Shown here piece after piece: positions 13,622 to 26,666 of a DNA stretch of 64,000 nt. Location: NCBI RefSeq assembly GCF_018350175.1, contig NC_058368.1, positions 154,382,001 through 154,446,000 on the forward strand. Direction: 5' to 3'. The DNA comes from Felis catus (taxonomy: Eukaryota). Below the pieces are notes generated by a model, which did no database searches, was not told the origin of the DNA, and saw nothing but the letters and a program-made list of their open reading frames with translations. The translations under genes and the position numbers were made by a program. How positions within the stretch are numbered: the stretch's first letter is position 1; every line of letters starts with the position of its first letter.

Positions 13622-14177
13622 TAAAGCAAACATACATAAGAAGGCAGGGTAAAACACACTGGTCAAAGTAAATATAAAGTCAAAGCTGGATTCTGTTGTA
13701 TGGTTATGGTGGTGTGTAAGTCATTTTCAAATCTAGTTTAAAAGTGAAAAACAAATATAGTAAAAATAAACAGCTGTGGGAATCTGTTATTAGTTACACA
13801 ATATTAATATTAAAATTTACATATTTATATTTTATAACCGAAAATGATAGGGGGAGAAGAAGTAAAAGTGTAAAGCTTAGGAATTCTATTAAAGTTATTA
13901 TTTTAAAATAGGGTGTTAAAATTTGAAGATATTTTATATAAACTTCATGGTAACAACAAAGGAAAAATGTATATTAACTATATAAAACAATGTGATGAAG
14001 TAAAAAAAATAGGAGACATCAAAACACAAAGAGAGCAGGATAAGAAGCTAGGAAGAATGGGTCTACAAAATAACAAAATGACGAGAGTAAGGCCTTACTT
14101 ATCGAGAATCTTTAAATAGATGAAATTCCCCAAACAAAAGACAGAATGGCTGAATGGATTTTTTAAAATGTTCCAAT

Positions 14178-14483
14178 GGATTGGAGAGTGTTATGCTAAG
14201 TGAAATAAGCCATACAGAGAAAGACAGATACCATATGTTTTCACTCTTATGTGGATCCTGAGAAACTTAACAGAAACTCATGGGGGAGGGGAAGGAAAAA
14301 AAAAAAAGAGGTTAGAGTGGGAGAGAGCCAAAGCATAAGAGACTGTTAAAAACTGAGAACAAACTGAGGGTTGATGGGGGGTGGGAGGGAGGGGAGGGTG
14401 GGTGATGGGTATTGAGGAGGGCACCTTTTGGGATGAGCACTGGGTGTTGTATGGAAACCAATGTGACAATAAATTTCAAAAAT

Positions 14484-14487
<4 letters not shown>
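14178..14487 (+). mobile_element. Young felid-type L1 3'-end fragment nested in the host L1
   Basis: ATGCTAAGTGAAATAAG...GGGATGAGCACTGGGTGTTGTATGGAAACCAA...AATAAA; flanked by AATGTTCCAAT (14167) and AATGTCCCAAT (14551). Confidence 0.88.
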
Positions 14488-14544
<57 letters not shown>

Positions 14545-14550
14545 ATATAT
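14488..14550. repeat. (TA)n/(TG)n microsatellite
   Basis: About 21 perfect TA units followed by TG units. Confidence 0.95.
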
Positions 14551-17500
14551 AATGTCCCAATCGTATGTTGCCAATGAGAGAGACTCACTTCAACATTAAA
14601 GGCACATACAGACTGAGAGTAAAGGAATGGAAAAAGATTTCAAGTACATGTTAAAAAAAAGAAAAACAGGGGTAACTATAGTGATAGCAGATAAAACAGA
14701 ATTTAAATATGGTAAAATAATGAAAAAGCGGTCATTCCATCAAGTAGATATAACAGTTGTAAATATTTATGTACCCATCACTGAAGCTCCTAAATATGTA
14801 AATTAAAAACTAATAGAGCTAAAAGAAGAAATAATAGCAATAAAATAGTTGCTAACTTTAATACCCATCTCCCAACAACTAATAGATCATCTAGACAGAG
14901 AATCAATAAGGAAATGGAATTAGAACAAGAGTATAGACCCAAAAGACATACATAGAACATTTTAACTGACAACAGCAAAATACACATTCATTTCAAGTGC
15001 ACATGGAAAATTTTCTAACATTATCCTAACACAGGATAGGCCATATGTTAGACCATGAAACAAGGCTTAGCAAATTTAAAAGAAGGAAATCATACCAAGT
15101 ATCTCTGATTACAATGTTTAAAAAACTACAAATCAACAAGTGGAAAACTGGAAAATCCACAAATACATGGAAATTAAATAACATACTACTGAACAGCCAA
15201 ATAAGCAATTAAAAGGGAAATAAAAATGTATCTGAGCCAAATGAAATGGAAATACAACATTCTAAAACTTAAGCGATTCTATGAAAGCAATTCTAAGAGG
15301 AAAGTTCATAAATGTTTACATTAACAAGCAAGAAATATCCCAAATAAACAGCTTAATGCTATGCCTTAAAGAAGAACTAAGCCCAAAGCAGGCAGAGGGA
15401 AGGAAATAATAAGAAAACAATAGAAAAAATAAACAAAATTGATAAATCTTTAGCTAGAATTACCAAGGAAAAAATAAACACTGAAATTAACAAAAAATTA
15501 TAATGTAAAAGGAGACATCGCAGCAGAAATACTAAATGCATGATAAGAGACTGCTGTGGACAACTATATGCCAAATTACTGGACAATCTAAAAGAAGTGG
15601 GAAAATTCTTAGAAACATACAAATTATCAAGATTCAATCACAAAGCATTTAGAAAGCCTGAACAGACCAATTACTAGTAGGTAAATTGAATCAATAATAA
15701 AAAATCTTCCAATGAGGAAAAGCCGGGAGCAGATGTATTCACTGGTAAAGTTTACCAAACATTTACATAATTAACAGCAAGCCTTCTCTTAAACCCTTCC
15801 AAAAAATTAAATGGGGGCAGGGAGGAGAACATTTCCCAACCCAGTTTATGAGGCCTGCATCACCCTCATACCGAAGATAGAAAAGGACACTACCAGAAAA
15901 CTACAGACTCCAATCTTTGATCAATATTGATGCCAAAATTCTCAATAAAATGGGCAAATTCAAATTAGTACATTAAAAGTATCATTCACCCTGATCAAAT
16001 GGGATTCATATCTGGGATGTAAAGGTGTGTCAACATCCATCAAATCAATGAACATGATACATCACATTAGAATAAAAGAAAAAAAAAAACATCTCACTAA
16101 ATGCAGAAAAAGGATTTGACAAAATTCATTAATGATAAAATATTCTTCTTTGGTGTAGAAGGAATGTACCTCAGCATAATAAAGACCATATATAGCAAAC
16201 CCAGAGTTAACATCATACTTGCTGGTGAAAACAAAGCTTTTCCTCTAAGATCAAGAATAAGACAAGGGTGCCCACTGCCACCACTCCTATTCAACACAGT
16301 GTACTAGAAGTCCTCACCAGGTAAGCAGGCAAGAAAAAAGAAACAAAGAATACATAATTGGAAAGGAAGAAGTAAAACTGTCTCTATTTGCAGATTACAT
16401 GGTTTTATATACAGATGTCAAGTTGCAGGATATAAAATTAACATACAAGTGTCAGTAACCTTGGTTTACAATAACAATGAATTATTTGAAAAAGAAAACA
16501 ATGGCATTTACAGTAACATCAAGAACAAGAAAATACTCGGGAATAAACTTAACCAAGGTAGTTAAAGATCTCTACTCTGAAAAGTAAAAGATATTGATGA
16601 AAAGCATTCTATGTTCATGGATTAGAAGAAATGATATTATTAAAATGACAATAATTACCAAAATCCATTAAGAGATTCAATGTGATCCCTGTCAAGATTC
16701 CAAAGGCAATGTTTTACAGGAATAGGGGGAAAAAAGACCCTCCTAAAATTTACATGGAACCCAAAAGACCTTAAATAGACAAAGTAACCTTAAAAAGAAC
16801 AAAGGAGGCATCACACTTCCTCATTTCAAGCTATACCAATATCAACAGTGTAGTACTGGCATAAAAACAGGCATAGGACAATGGAATAGAACTGACAGCT
16901 CAGAAATAAACTGAAACACATACCATCAACTAATATTTGACAAGGGAGCCAAGAATATTCAAAGGAGAAAATACAGTCTTCTTCAATAAATGGTGCTGAG
17001 AAAACTGGATATTCACATATGAAAGAATATAACTAGACCTCTATATTACACCATTCATGAAAATGAACTCAAAATGGATTAAAGACTTATATGTAAGGTC
17101 TGAAATCATAAAAGTCCCAAAAGAAAACATGGGGGAAAAGCTCATTGACATGGGTCTTGGCAATGATTTTTTGGATATGTCATCTGAAGCACACATCACA
17201 AAATGGAAAATAAACAGTGAAACTACATCATACTAGTTTCTTCACAGCAAAAGAAACAATCAAGAAACTGAGAAGACAACCTACAAAATGGGGAAAAAAT
17301 TGTAAATTATATATCTCCTAAAAGGTTAATATCCAAAATGTATAAAAGAACTCATACAACTCAATAGCAAAAACAAAAAATCCAATTAGGAGATGGCCAA
17401 AAGACCTGAATGGACATTTTTCCCAAGATTAAAAAAAAAAAAAAAAAGATGAGGAGGTATATGAAAAGATGCTCAACATCACTAGTCATCAGGGAAATAC

Positions 17501-18792
17501 AAATCAAAAAACAAGAAGATATCACCTCATGCCTATTGGGCATCATGAAAAAGACAAATACAGGATGTGGGGAAAAGGAACCCTGTGCATTTTTGGGGTG
17601 ATTATAAACTGGTACAGCCACTATGGAAAGCAGTATAGAAGATCCCCCCCCAAAATAAAACTACCACGTAATCGAGCATTTGTACTTTGGGAAATATATC
17701 CAAAAGACACAAAAACAACTCAAAAAGTCATCTGTGCCACCACATTTATAGCAGCATTATTTACAATAACAAAAACATGGAAACAACATGTGTATCCACC
17801 ACTGGATGGATGAATAGAAGTTGTGACACACGCAGTGGAATATTGTTCAACCATAAAAAGTGAGGGCATCCTGCCATTTGTAGCAACATGATTGGAACAT
17901 AAGGGCATTTTGCTAAGTGAATTAAGTCAGATTGAGAAAGACAAATACTGTATTATCTCACTTTTATGCAGAATCTTATTACGTAGAACAAATAAATAAA
18001 TAGAAAAAGAAATCAGATTTGTAGTTACCAAAAGTTGGGAAGAAAAGGTAATTTCCATAGCTAACACTGCTATAGGATACATGTGAATTTCTTTTGCTTT
18101 TTAAAAATTTTATCTATATGATGGCAAATGGTAACTCAGCTTTTATGATAATCAATTTACAATATATGTAAAGCAAACCATTATGCTTTACACCTTAAAC
18201 TCATACAGTGTTGTATTTCAATTATATCAATAAAATGGGGAAAATTACCCCAGAAAGTCCTAAAGGCATGGTCTATTTTATGGAAGCTGTATTATTGGGC
18301 TTTCTAATACCAAGTGAGTGAATACCAATGTCATTAATGCTAATAATTTTCCATTTTGTCTTTATTTCTAAGGGATTTTTTTGTAGATGGATATTATATA
18401 CTGAACTTGGTGAAATATGTCACTTCATCCTCTCTTGCTGTCATGACTGAAATTAAAAAAATATATAGCTCCTTTGTTTCTAGAAATCAGTATGTCTATG
18501 ACACACAAGATTATCCCTCAATTTGGTGCACTTACATGGCGATGTATTTGGGTAGTGGAATTCTTTTGGATAGTTGTATTTTTACCACAAACAGGCAGTA
18601 ATATTCAACCTGGGAATGTTAGGTTCTTAAGTATTATACTTCTGGGAAAGACAGTAAGAAATTAATTTACTAGAGGTTTGATTCAGATTCTTCTTTTTAA
18701 GAAGAGTCCCCACAGGCCTTAGTTTTACCAAAATTGATATGACCTAGTTTTGCAGAATGGTTGAAGATGCAGTAGTTAACTCAGGCTCACCC

Positions 18793-18975
18793 CAGTGGTT
18801 CTCAAACTGTTGTCTGCATTGGGAACACCTGATAAATACCTTAAGACATATTGCTGGCCTCCACTCCCACAGTTTTTGATTCAGTAAACATGGAGTGGGG
18901 CTTACAAATATGCATTTTCACAAGTTTCCAAGTGACATTAATACTTCTGCTAGAGACTATAATTTGAGGATCCTG
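18793..18975 (+). mobile_element. MER5A-like hAT-Charlie DNA transposon fossil
   Basis: Starts CAGTGGTTCTCAAACT; internal TTGCTGGCCTCCACTCCCACAGTTTTTGATTCAGTA and TGCATTT...CAAGTTTCC; ends TTTGAGGATCCTG (degenerate terminal inverted repeat). Confidence 0.85.
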
Positions 18976-19981
18976 TTCCCCAAACGAAACACTTCCACTT
19001 GAATTTGTTTAGAAGTGGATGTAGATAAAATTATACTACCTCAAAAGCCTTCAGAAAACACATAGTACCTTAACTAATGCTAGCAATTTAGTCAATGAAT
19101 TAATGAGGAAATAAAATGATAGGTTTCTGAGTTTTATAATGTTCACGTACAAAAACAGATAGAAATCACTCTGTGAATGAGAAACATTAAGTATTTATCC
19201 TTGGCACACTTTCTAGAACCACCAGCTGGGTGAACACCAAAATTGTGAGGAAAGCATGGTTACACCAGCAAACTTTGTTAAGAAATATTGAATAGAGGTA
19301 ATAGTAACCACAAATAGAAGTTACTCTGATCTTTCATGTGTATTCCATTATGAATTACAACCTCTGACATAGAGTACCACCTCTGTAATGTCTGAATATT
19401 ATATTCTTAGGTGGTGCAAAAAAGGAAGGAAAAATCCATATCCTGAGGCAAACTGATTTAAACTATACACACTGCTGTAGGAGATGGGGTACCCTTCTCC
19501 CTTCCATTAGGAGTCAGTACTGTAGAGGTAGTCTGGTTTCAGTGTTCACTTGCATTTGATGTTGGAAAACTGGAGGTAACGTGTTGGAGAAGGTAAACAT
19601 TTGGGTATAGAATAAAAAAATATTTTGGGGGAGACACTCTTACCTCTGTCACCATAAGGAAGACCCTGTTTTCATTTTTTCTCTTTGCTTAGAAACTGCA
19701 TGAAATTTTGTTCCTGTTAATTTAGTCTATTTTCTTCTAAGATAAATGATATTGAGAGAAAATCTAATGTAGAGTTGCCTATTTCTCCTCACATTCCCAA
19801 ACTATGTCCAATATATTTTAGTAAATCTAAAAAGCAATTGGGATCCTTGTTCAAGATGGTGATGTAGGAGGATCCCAAACTTGCCTCCTCCCATGAACAC
19901 ATTGAATCTACAGCTATATACAGAACACTATGCTATGAAACTAAAAAACTAGCTGAGCAACTACTTCACATCAGCTTAATG

Positions 19982-19987
<6 letters not shown>

Positions 19988-20018
<31 letters not shown>
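19988..20018. repeat. (CA)n microsatellite
   Basis: About 15 CA units. Confidence 0.95.
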
Positions 20019-20022
<4 letters not shown>

Positions 20023-21949
20023 TGAAATGGATAGGAGAAGCTGTGACACAATCTTGCCCTAAATCCCACCCTTGACATGGCAATCTGGAGGGAACTCATA
20101 ATGCAAAGCTTCTTCCTGAGGAGAGAAGAGTTTGAACCCTGTATATAGCACCTCAACTTTTGAGACTTGAACCTTAGAGACAGGTCCCCAAAACGTATAG
20201 TTTTGAAAGCCAATGGAGCTCATGTCTTTAAGAACAAAGTGAACTGAAAAGCAGTTCTTAAAGGCTCATTCAGACTCACTGTGACTACACCCTAGGGCCC
20301 AGTGCAGAGGCAGTTGGCCAAAGGGCATCTTTCTGAGAAAGAAGTTGATTTGCCTATCTGAAAAGCTTTGGTCTGAAGAGCAGGCATCTAATTTAACACA
20401 CATCAAGTATTCACAAAAATATTCTCCAAACTGCAGAGGCCAGTGCATGCCTTCCTCCAAGTCCCTGCTATTTCCCAGAAGAGAGTGTGGGCACACATCT
20501 GGTGCCCCAGTTTTTTCAGCTTCTGTCCAGGGAACGCCCTTCATCACCTGGTTCTGGTGGCCAGTGGGGCTTATATTCATGGACTCACAGGACAGTCACA
20601 AATGGAAAAACAGTGTTTAATTGGCTGCTACCTCAAGGAACAATACAGAGGCAGAAGACAGAAACACACAATCTCTCCATGAAAAAGTCCTATTAGCTTA
20701 TCTTCATAGCTGTGATATAAGGTGTCTAATCACACATCTAGGGGCCAACAATTCTCTCTAGATATTGGGTAGGCCAGCAGGGAACAATCTTTGTAATCAT
20801 CTTCTGACTTATCCCAGGTCACTTATATTTGAGAAAGGAGCTTGTGTACATAATTGGTGCCCCAGATCTTGTGGCTGCTCCTCAGAAAAGATACCCCTCA
20901 GTAGCCTTGTTCTGGTAGTGAGGAAGGCTTGTGTTCATAGGTTGAACAGGATGGTAGCAAACAACACTCTTCATAGGCTATCACCCCAAGGGTCAGTGCA
21001 CAGGGAAAGATAGAAATAACCATGTCCCAGTTTTCCCTTAAAAGAGTTATCTTTGCATATTTTAAAAGCTGCAGCCTATGGGTCCACCAACTGATCAGAT
21101 TGAATGTAGATACTGACAGAGATCCTCCCTTTGGAGATACAGAGTCGTGGAATACCCTAACTGCTAAAAAGCCACTAAGTACAAAGGCTTCTTGAACAAT
21201 CACAAGAACTGGAGAGACAACTAACAGCTAGGACAAGGTTAAATAATAAGTGTTATCACCTACAAGAGACCAAGGTTGCAAGACTGAAACAGGTGGCTGT
21301 TTTATATAACACATAGGAATCAACAAAGAAAGTCAAGGAAAATGAAGAAACGGAGGAATATTTTCCACGTGGGTAAACAAGATAAAACCTCAGAAAAAGA
21401 CTTTACTGAAACAGAAATATAAATGATTTGATAAAGTGTTCAAAATAATGCTCACTGAGATCAGGAAAACCATGCATGAACAAAGTGAAAATTTTGACAA
21501 AACAATAGAAAATGAGAAAGTACCAAATGGAAATCATAGAATTAAAAGATAAAATAACGGAAGAAAACAATACAGAGATTCAACATCAGATTAGATAAAG
21601 CAGAAGGAAAGATCAGTGAACTCAAAGACAAGGCAGCAGAACTCGTTCATACAGAGTAGCAAAAAGAAAAATAAATAAATAAATGAACAAGACTGGAGGT
21701 ACCTTAAAGGACTTAAAGGATAACATCAACGGGACGAATATTTTCATTATAAGAATCCCAGAAGGAGAAAAAAGAAAGAAGCAGAAAAAATATTTGGGTA
21801 AATAATGCCTAAAAAGTTCCCTACCCTGGGGAAAAAAAACAGATATTCAGATTTAAGAATCCTGTGGAGTTCCAAATAAGAGGCAAAAAGAGCCACACCA
21901 AGACACATTATGATTAATTTGTCAGAAGTTAAAGATAAGGAGATAATCT

Positions 21950-22126
21950 TTTTAAAAACTATTTTTTCGAGAGTGCAAGTGGGGGATGGGCAGAGAAAGT
22001 GGGACAGAAGATCTGAAACAGGCTCTGTGATGACAGGCTGACAGCAGGGAGTCTGAACTCACTAATCACAGCTCATGACCCGAGCCAAAACCAGACACTC
22101 AACCAACAGAGCCACCCAGGTGCCTC
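21950..22126 (-). mobile_element. Can-SINE inside L1 ORF1
   Basis: Reverse complement head GAGGCACCTGGGTGGCTCTGTTGGTTGAGTGTCTGG. Confidence 0.9.
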
Positions 22127-25100
22127 TTAGGTATTATTTTAATTGGAATTTGGTCTACGTGTAGGTGAAGATCATTTCGATTTCTAAACAAAATTTTCTT
22201 CCCCATTATTTCCCACTAAAAGCAGCAAGAAAAAAAAAAAACAAAACAGAACAAAACTTGTTACATGAACTCCCATTAAGCTATCAGCAGATTTTTCAGC
22301 AGAAACTTTACAGGCCAGCAGGGAGTGGCACTATGCAATCAAAATGCTAAAACAAACAAAAATAACTTCCAACCAAGAATACTGTAACTCACCAAGCTGT
22401 CTTTCAGAATTGAAGGGGAGAAAGAGTTTTTCATACAAGAAAATGCTAAAGGAGATTCTCACCACTAGACTGGCCTTAAAATACATGTTAAAGGGACTTC
22501 TTTAAGTTGAAATGAAAAAAGTGCTCATTAGTAACAGGAAAATATAAGAAAGTATAAATTCCACTGGTAAAGGTAACTATATAGTAAATAATCTAATATT
22601 GTAAGACTGCTGTTAAGGTTAAAAGACAAAAGTAGTAAAAATAACTATACAACAATTTGTTACAGTAATATAATAATGTAAGCACCACATAAATGGTGCA
22701 TTTTATAGTGATAAATGCTCACTTTAAGAAAAAAGAAATATCTTAGATAAACAACCTAACTTAACACCTCAAGGAACTAGTAAAAGGAGAACAAATTAAG
22801 CCTAACGTTAGTAGAAGGAAAGAAATAAAGATGAGAGAGGAAATAAATGTAATAGAGACTAAAATGACAATAAAAAGGTCAATGCAATTAGCAGCTTTTC
22901 TTTTAAAGATACACAAAATATACAAACCTTGAAATGGCCTCACCCCCACATAAATAAATAGCCCCACTCAGAAAAAGAGAGGATTCAAAATGAGAAATAA
23001 GACATGTTACTAATGATACCCAAGTAATACAAATGAATGTAAGAGACTATTATAAACAATTATGCGCTAACAAACTGGACAAGCCACAAGTGGACAAACT
23101 CCTAGAAACCTATAACATATCAAAATAAAATGATGCAAAACAGAAAATCTGAACAGACCAATTATTAGTAAGGATATTGAATCAGTAATCAAAATCCTCT
23201 AAATAAATAAAAGACCAGGATAAGAAGGATTCATTGGCAGATTCCATTAAATATTTAAAGATAAATTAAAACCAATTCTTCTCAAGCTATTCTAAAATAA
23301 TTGGGTTAAATGGGAATTAATCCAGGAATGCATGGGTGGTCAAACATCCAAAAGCCAATGGGATACACTGCATTAGCAAAATGAAGAATAAAAATCATAC
23401 TCTCACTGATTACAGAAAAAGCATTTGAAAAAATTCAGCTTTCAATTATGATAAAAAACTCTCAACAAAGTGGGTATAGAAGGAACATACCTCAACATAA
23501 TAAAGGCCATATAAGACAAGCCTACAAGTAACATCATACTCAATGGTGAAAAGCTGAAAGCCAGAGAAATCTCGAAGAAAAACAAAGCTAGGAACATTAC
23601 TCTTTTTGATTTCAAACTACATTACAAAGTTATACTCATCAAAGTACTGTGGCATTGGCATGAAAACAGACACATAAATCAACAAAGAACCCAGAAAGAA
23701 AGCCACACACATATTGTCAATTAATTTATGGCAGAGACACCAAGAACATGAAATGGAGGAAGAACCATCTCATCAATAAATTTTTCTGGGAAAAATAGAC
23801 ACATACAAATAACAAAACTCAACCACTATTTTATGTCATATGCAAAAATTAACTCAAAGTGGATTAAACACTTGGGTATAAGACTTGAAACCATAAAACT
23901 CCAGAAGAAAACACATGTGGCAAATTTCTTGACATCAGTCTTGGTTATAATTTTTTGGATCTGACTCCAGAAGCAAAAGCAATACAAGAAAAAATAAACA
24001 AATGAAGCTACATTAAACTAGAAAGCTTCTACACAGTAAAGGAAACCATCAACGAAGATAAATGGGAGAATTATTTCCAAGTTATATATGTGATAATAGG
24101 TTATTATCTAAGTTATATAAAAATTCATCTAACTCAAAGGGAAAAGAAACACAAATAATTAAATTTAAGAAATTGTCAGAGAATTCGAATAGACTTTTCC
24201 CCCCAAGAAAACATACAGATAACCAACAGGTATGTGAAAAGGTGCTTTGCATCACTAATCATTAGTTAAATGCCAACAAAAACCAAAATGAAGTATCATC
24301 TCATACCTATTAGAATATCTATAGCAAAAAAGATATGACAAATGTAGGTGAGGATGTAGAGAAAAGGGAACTTGTGCACTGTTGATAGGAATGTAAATCG
24401 ATAAAGCCACTATGGAAAACAATATGGAGTTTCCTCAAAAAATTAAAAAAAAATAGAACTACCATTCCATTTTTGAGTGAATAATTGTACTCCTGGGTAT
24501 TTATCCAAGAAAACAAAAACAGTGGCTTGATATCAGCACTCCCCTGCATGTTCATTGCAGCATAATTTACAGTAGCCAAGACATGGAGGCAACCTAACTA
24601 TCAATCAATGAATGAATGGATAAAGAAAGTAGTGCATATACACACACTCATACAATGCAATATTATTCAGCCATAAAATACAAATTTCATCATTCTCACC
24701 AACATGGATTAACCTTATGGACATTATGCTAAGTGAAATACATCAAAAAAAGACAGTAACTCGTAATCAGAGCCTAAAAACAAAACAAAAAAAAGCAAAA
24801 ACAGAAAAGCGAAAAAGAAATTTACTCATAGATATAGGGAACAGATTGATGTTTCCCAGAGGTGGGGGATAGAGGTGGGTGACATGGGTGAAGGGGGTCA
24901 AAAGGAAGTAAGTCATGGAGATATAATGTCCATCATGTTGACTAGTCAGACTGGATTGCATATTTGAAAGTTAAGTAAATATTTCAAAAGTTTTCAACAC
25001 TAGAAAAAAACTTGTAATTACTTATGGTGATGTTAACTAGACTTATTTTGGTGATCATTTTATAGTATACAAAAATATTAAATCATTATGTTGTACACTG

Positions 25101-26554
25101 GAAACATGTTACATGTCAATTATACATCAATAAAAAAATTACATGGCATTTGTTGTGGGCCTTTGTAAGTGAAACAATTTGAGGAATTTACAAAGCAAAT
25201 TTAAGCCTCTTTAAGTAGAACTGTGTATATCTGGATTACATGTGTATGTATGTCTGGGAGGTTGTATCATTTTTTGTATCATGTAAGTCTTAGAATCTAT
25301 ATTCTTATTAAAACCTTAATCATATGTTAAACACATCAGCATCCTTGAGCCAATTATAATTATTCCATATTTCAAAAGGGACTGACCATCAAATATTAAA
25401 AATGTATTATAATGCTTAAGAAATATAGGGCAATATTCCAAGGTTCAACATTATAAGGAAACATTGCTTAAACATCTGAAATAAGTATGCATGTAAAAGA
25501 GAATTGAACAAGATTAAATCAATATACAAAATTAAGTATGTATTTCAATTCAAAATCCATAGAAAATACTGGGCATATATTGTTAAAGAAATTAAATCTG
25601 TAGGACTAATAGAATTTAGGGTATTTTAGCAGCTTTGATATAAAATAAGCAATATTTCAGTGACTTCATACAATTCAAGTTTATTTTTTGCTTTTGCAAC
25701 AGTACAGATAATTCAGGTAACATGACTGCTATATGGTCTCTCTGCCATTCCCTGGAGCTATGATGTCCCCTGTAACCAGCTATTGTGTGCAGAAAAAGAT
25801 GGGAAAGATACACTTGATTGATAGTTGTCTTCATAACACATCATTTACGTTCACATTCCTTTGGAGAGAAACCTATGTATGATACTATCTAGATGCGACA
25901 TGGTTGGGGAATCGAGTCATTTGAGAGCAGCAATATCTCAGTGACAATTTCTATATCATGTGATGGGAGTCATCTCTGTTACATTAGTGATTAAAAAATA
26001 AACAACACATTTTTGCAAAATATTAGACATGATGTGATGTGTAAAAGTTAGAAGCTGGACACAAATACAGTGAAGAACAGAACTAAAGTCTAAAACCTAC
26101 ACAGGATAGGATTTCTATGAGAAGTAGTTACAGAGGCAATCCACTCATGGTGAGGTGGTAGATAGAGAAAAGTTAAAATTGGCATGTGCCCAGTGTGACT
26201 TGATGAGAAGGACCACAATAGTAATAGGTCATTCAGCCCTCACAGTTTTACCAGTGCTGGCCTTGGGAGAGCCAACAACAAGGATGAAGTCAGGATGCCC
26301 TTGCCCAGGAATCTCCTCACCAGGGTAGTCAAAATCACTAGAAGCAGGATTTCTTAAGTGGACCCAATTACACATGTAAGCTCGCAGGAAATGTGAAATA
26401 TGAACATAATCTCCAAAACAAATATCATCTTAGAGATCAAGTACAGAATAGGTACAAAGTTCAATGAACAGGATACTCAACACTAATGGAAACAAAATCA
26501 GTATGGTAAAACTTTAAGAATAATCAACCCCCAGAAAATTTCAGCAGCACGTTA

Positions 26555-26566
26555 CATATATACACG

Positions 26567-26603
<37 letters not shown>

Positions 26604-26666
26604 ATATATACATGTGTGTGTATATATATGTGTGTGTATATATATATATATGTGTGTATATATATA
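26555..26666. repeat. Compound (CA)n/(TA)n/(TG)n microsatellite
   Basis: About 110 bp of alternating purine-pyrimidine sequence. Confidence 0.95.

Larger units (their letters stand above)
9990..18240 (+). mobile_element. Near full-length decayed LINE-1 carrying four nested insertions
   Basis: CAAGATG-type 5' start, GC-richer 5'UTR to about 11.35 kb, ORF1 remnants ([10 protein letters not shown]), ORF2 remnants ([22 protein letters not shown]), 3'UTR ending ATCAATAAAA near 18235; multiple disablements. Confidence 0.92.
19840..25138 (+). mobile_element. Decayed LINE-1 retaining both ends but with large internal ORF2 deletions
   Basis: 5' start CAAGATGGTGATGTAGGAGGATCCC; ORF1 remnants about 21.3-22.5 kb; ORF2 pieces with jumps near 22.68, 23.30 and 23.56 kb; 3' end TCAATAAAAAAA near 25135. 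Confidence 0.9.

Noticed and set aside
19638..19740. Minus-strand GAG|GTAAGA donor with possible upstream exon
   Set aside because: Weak acceptors and stops in the frames examined.
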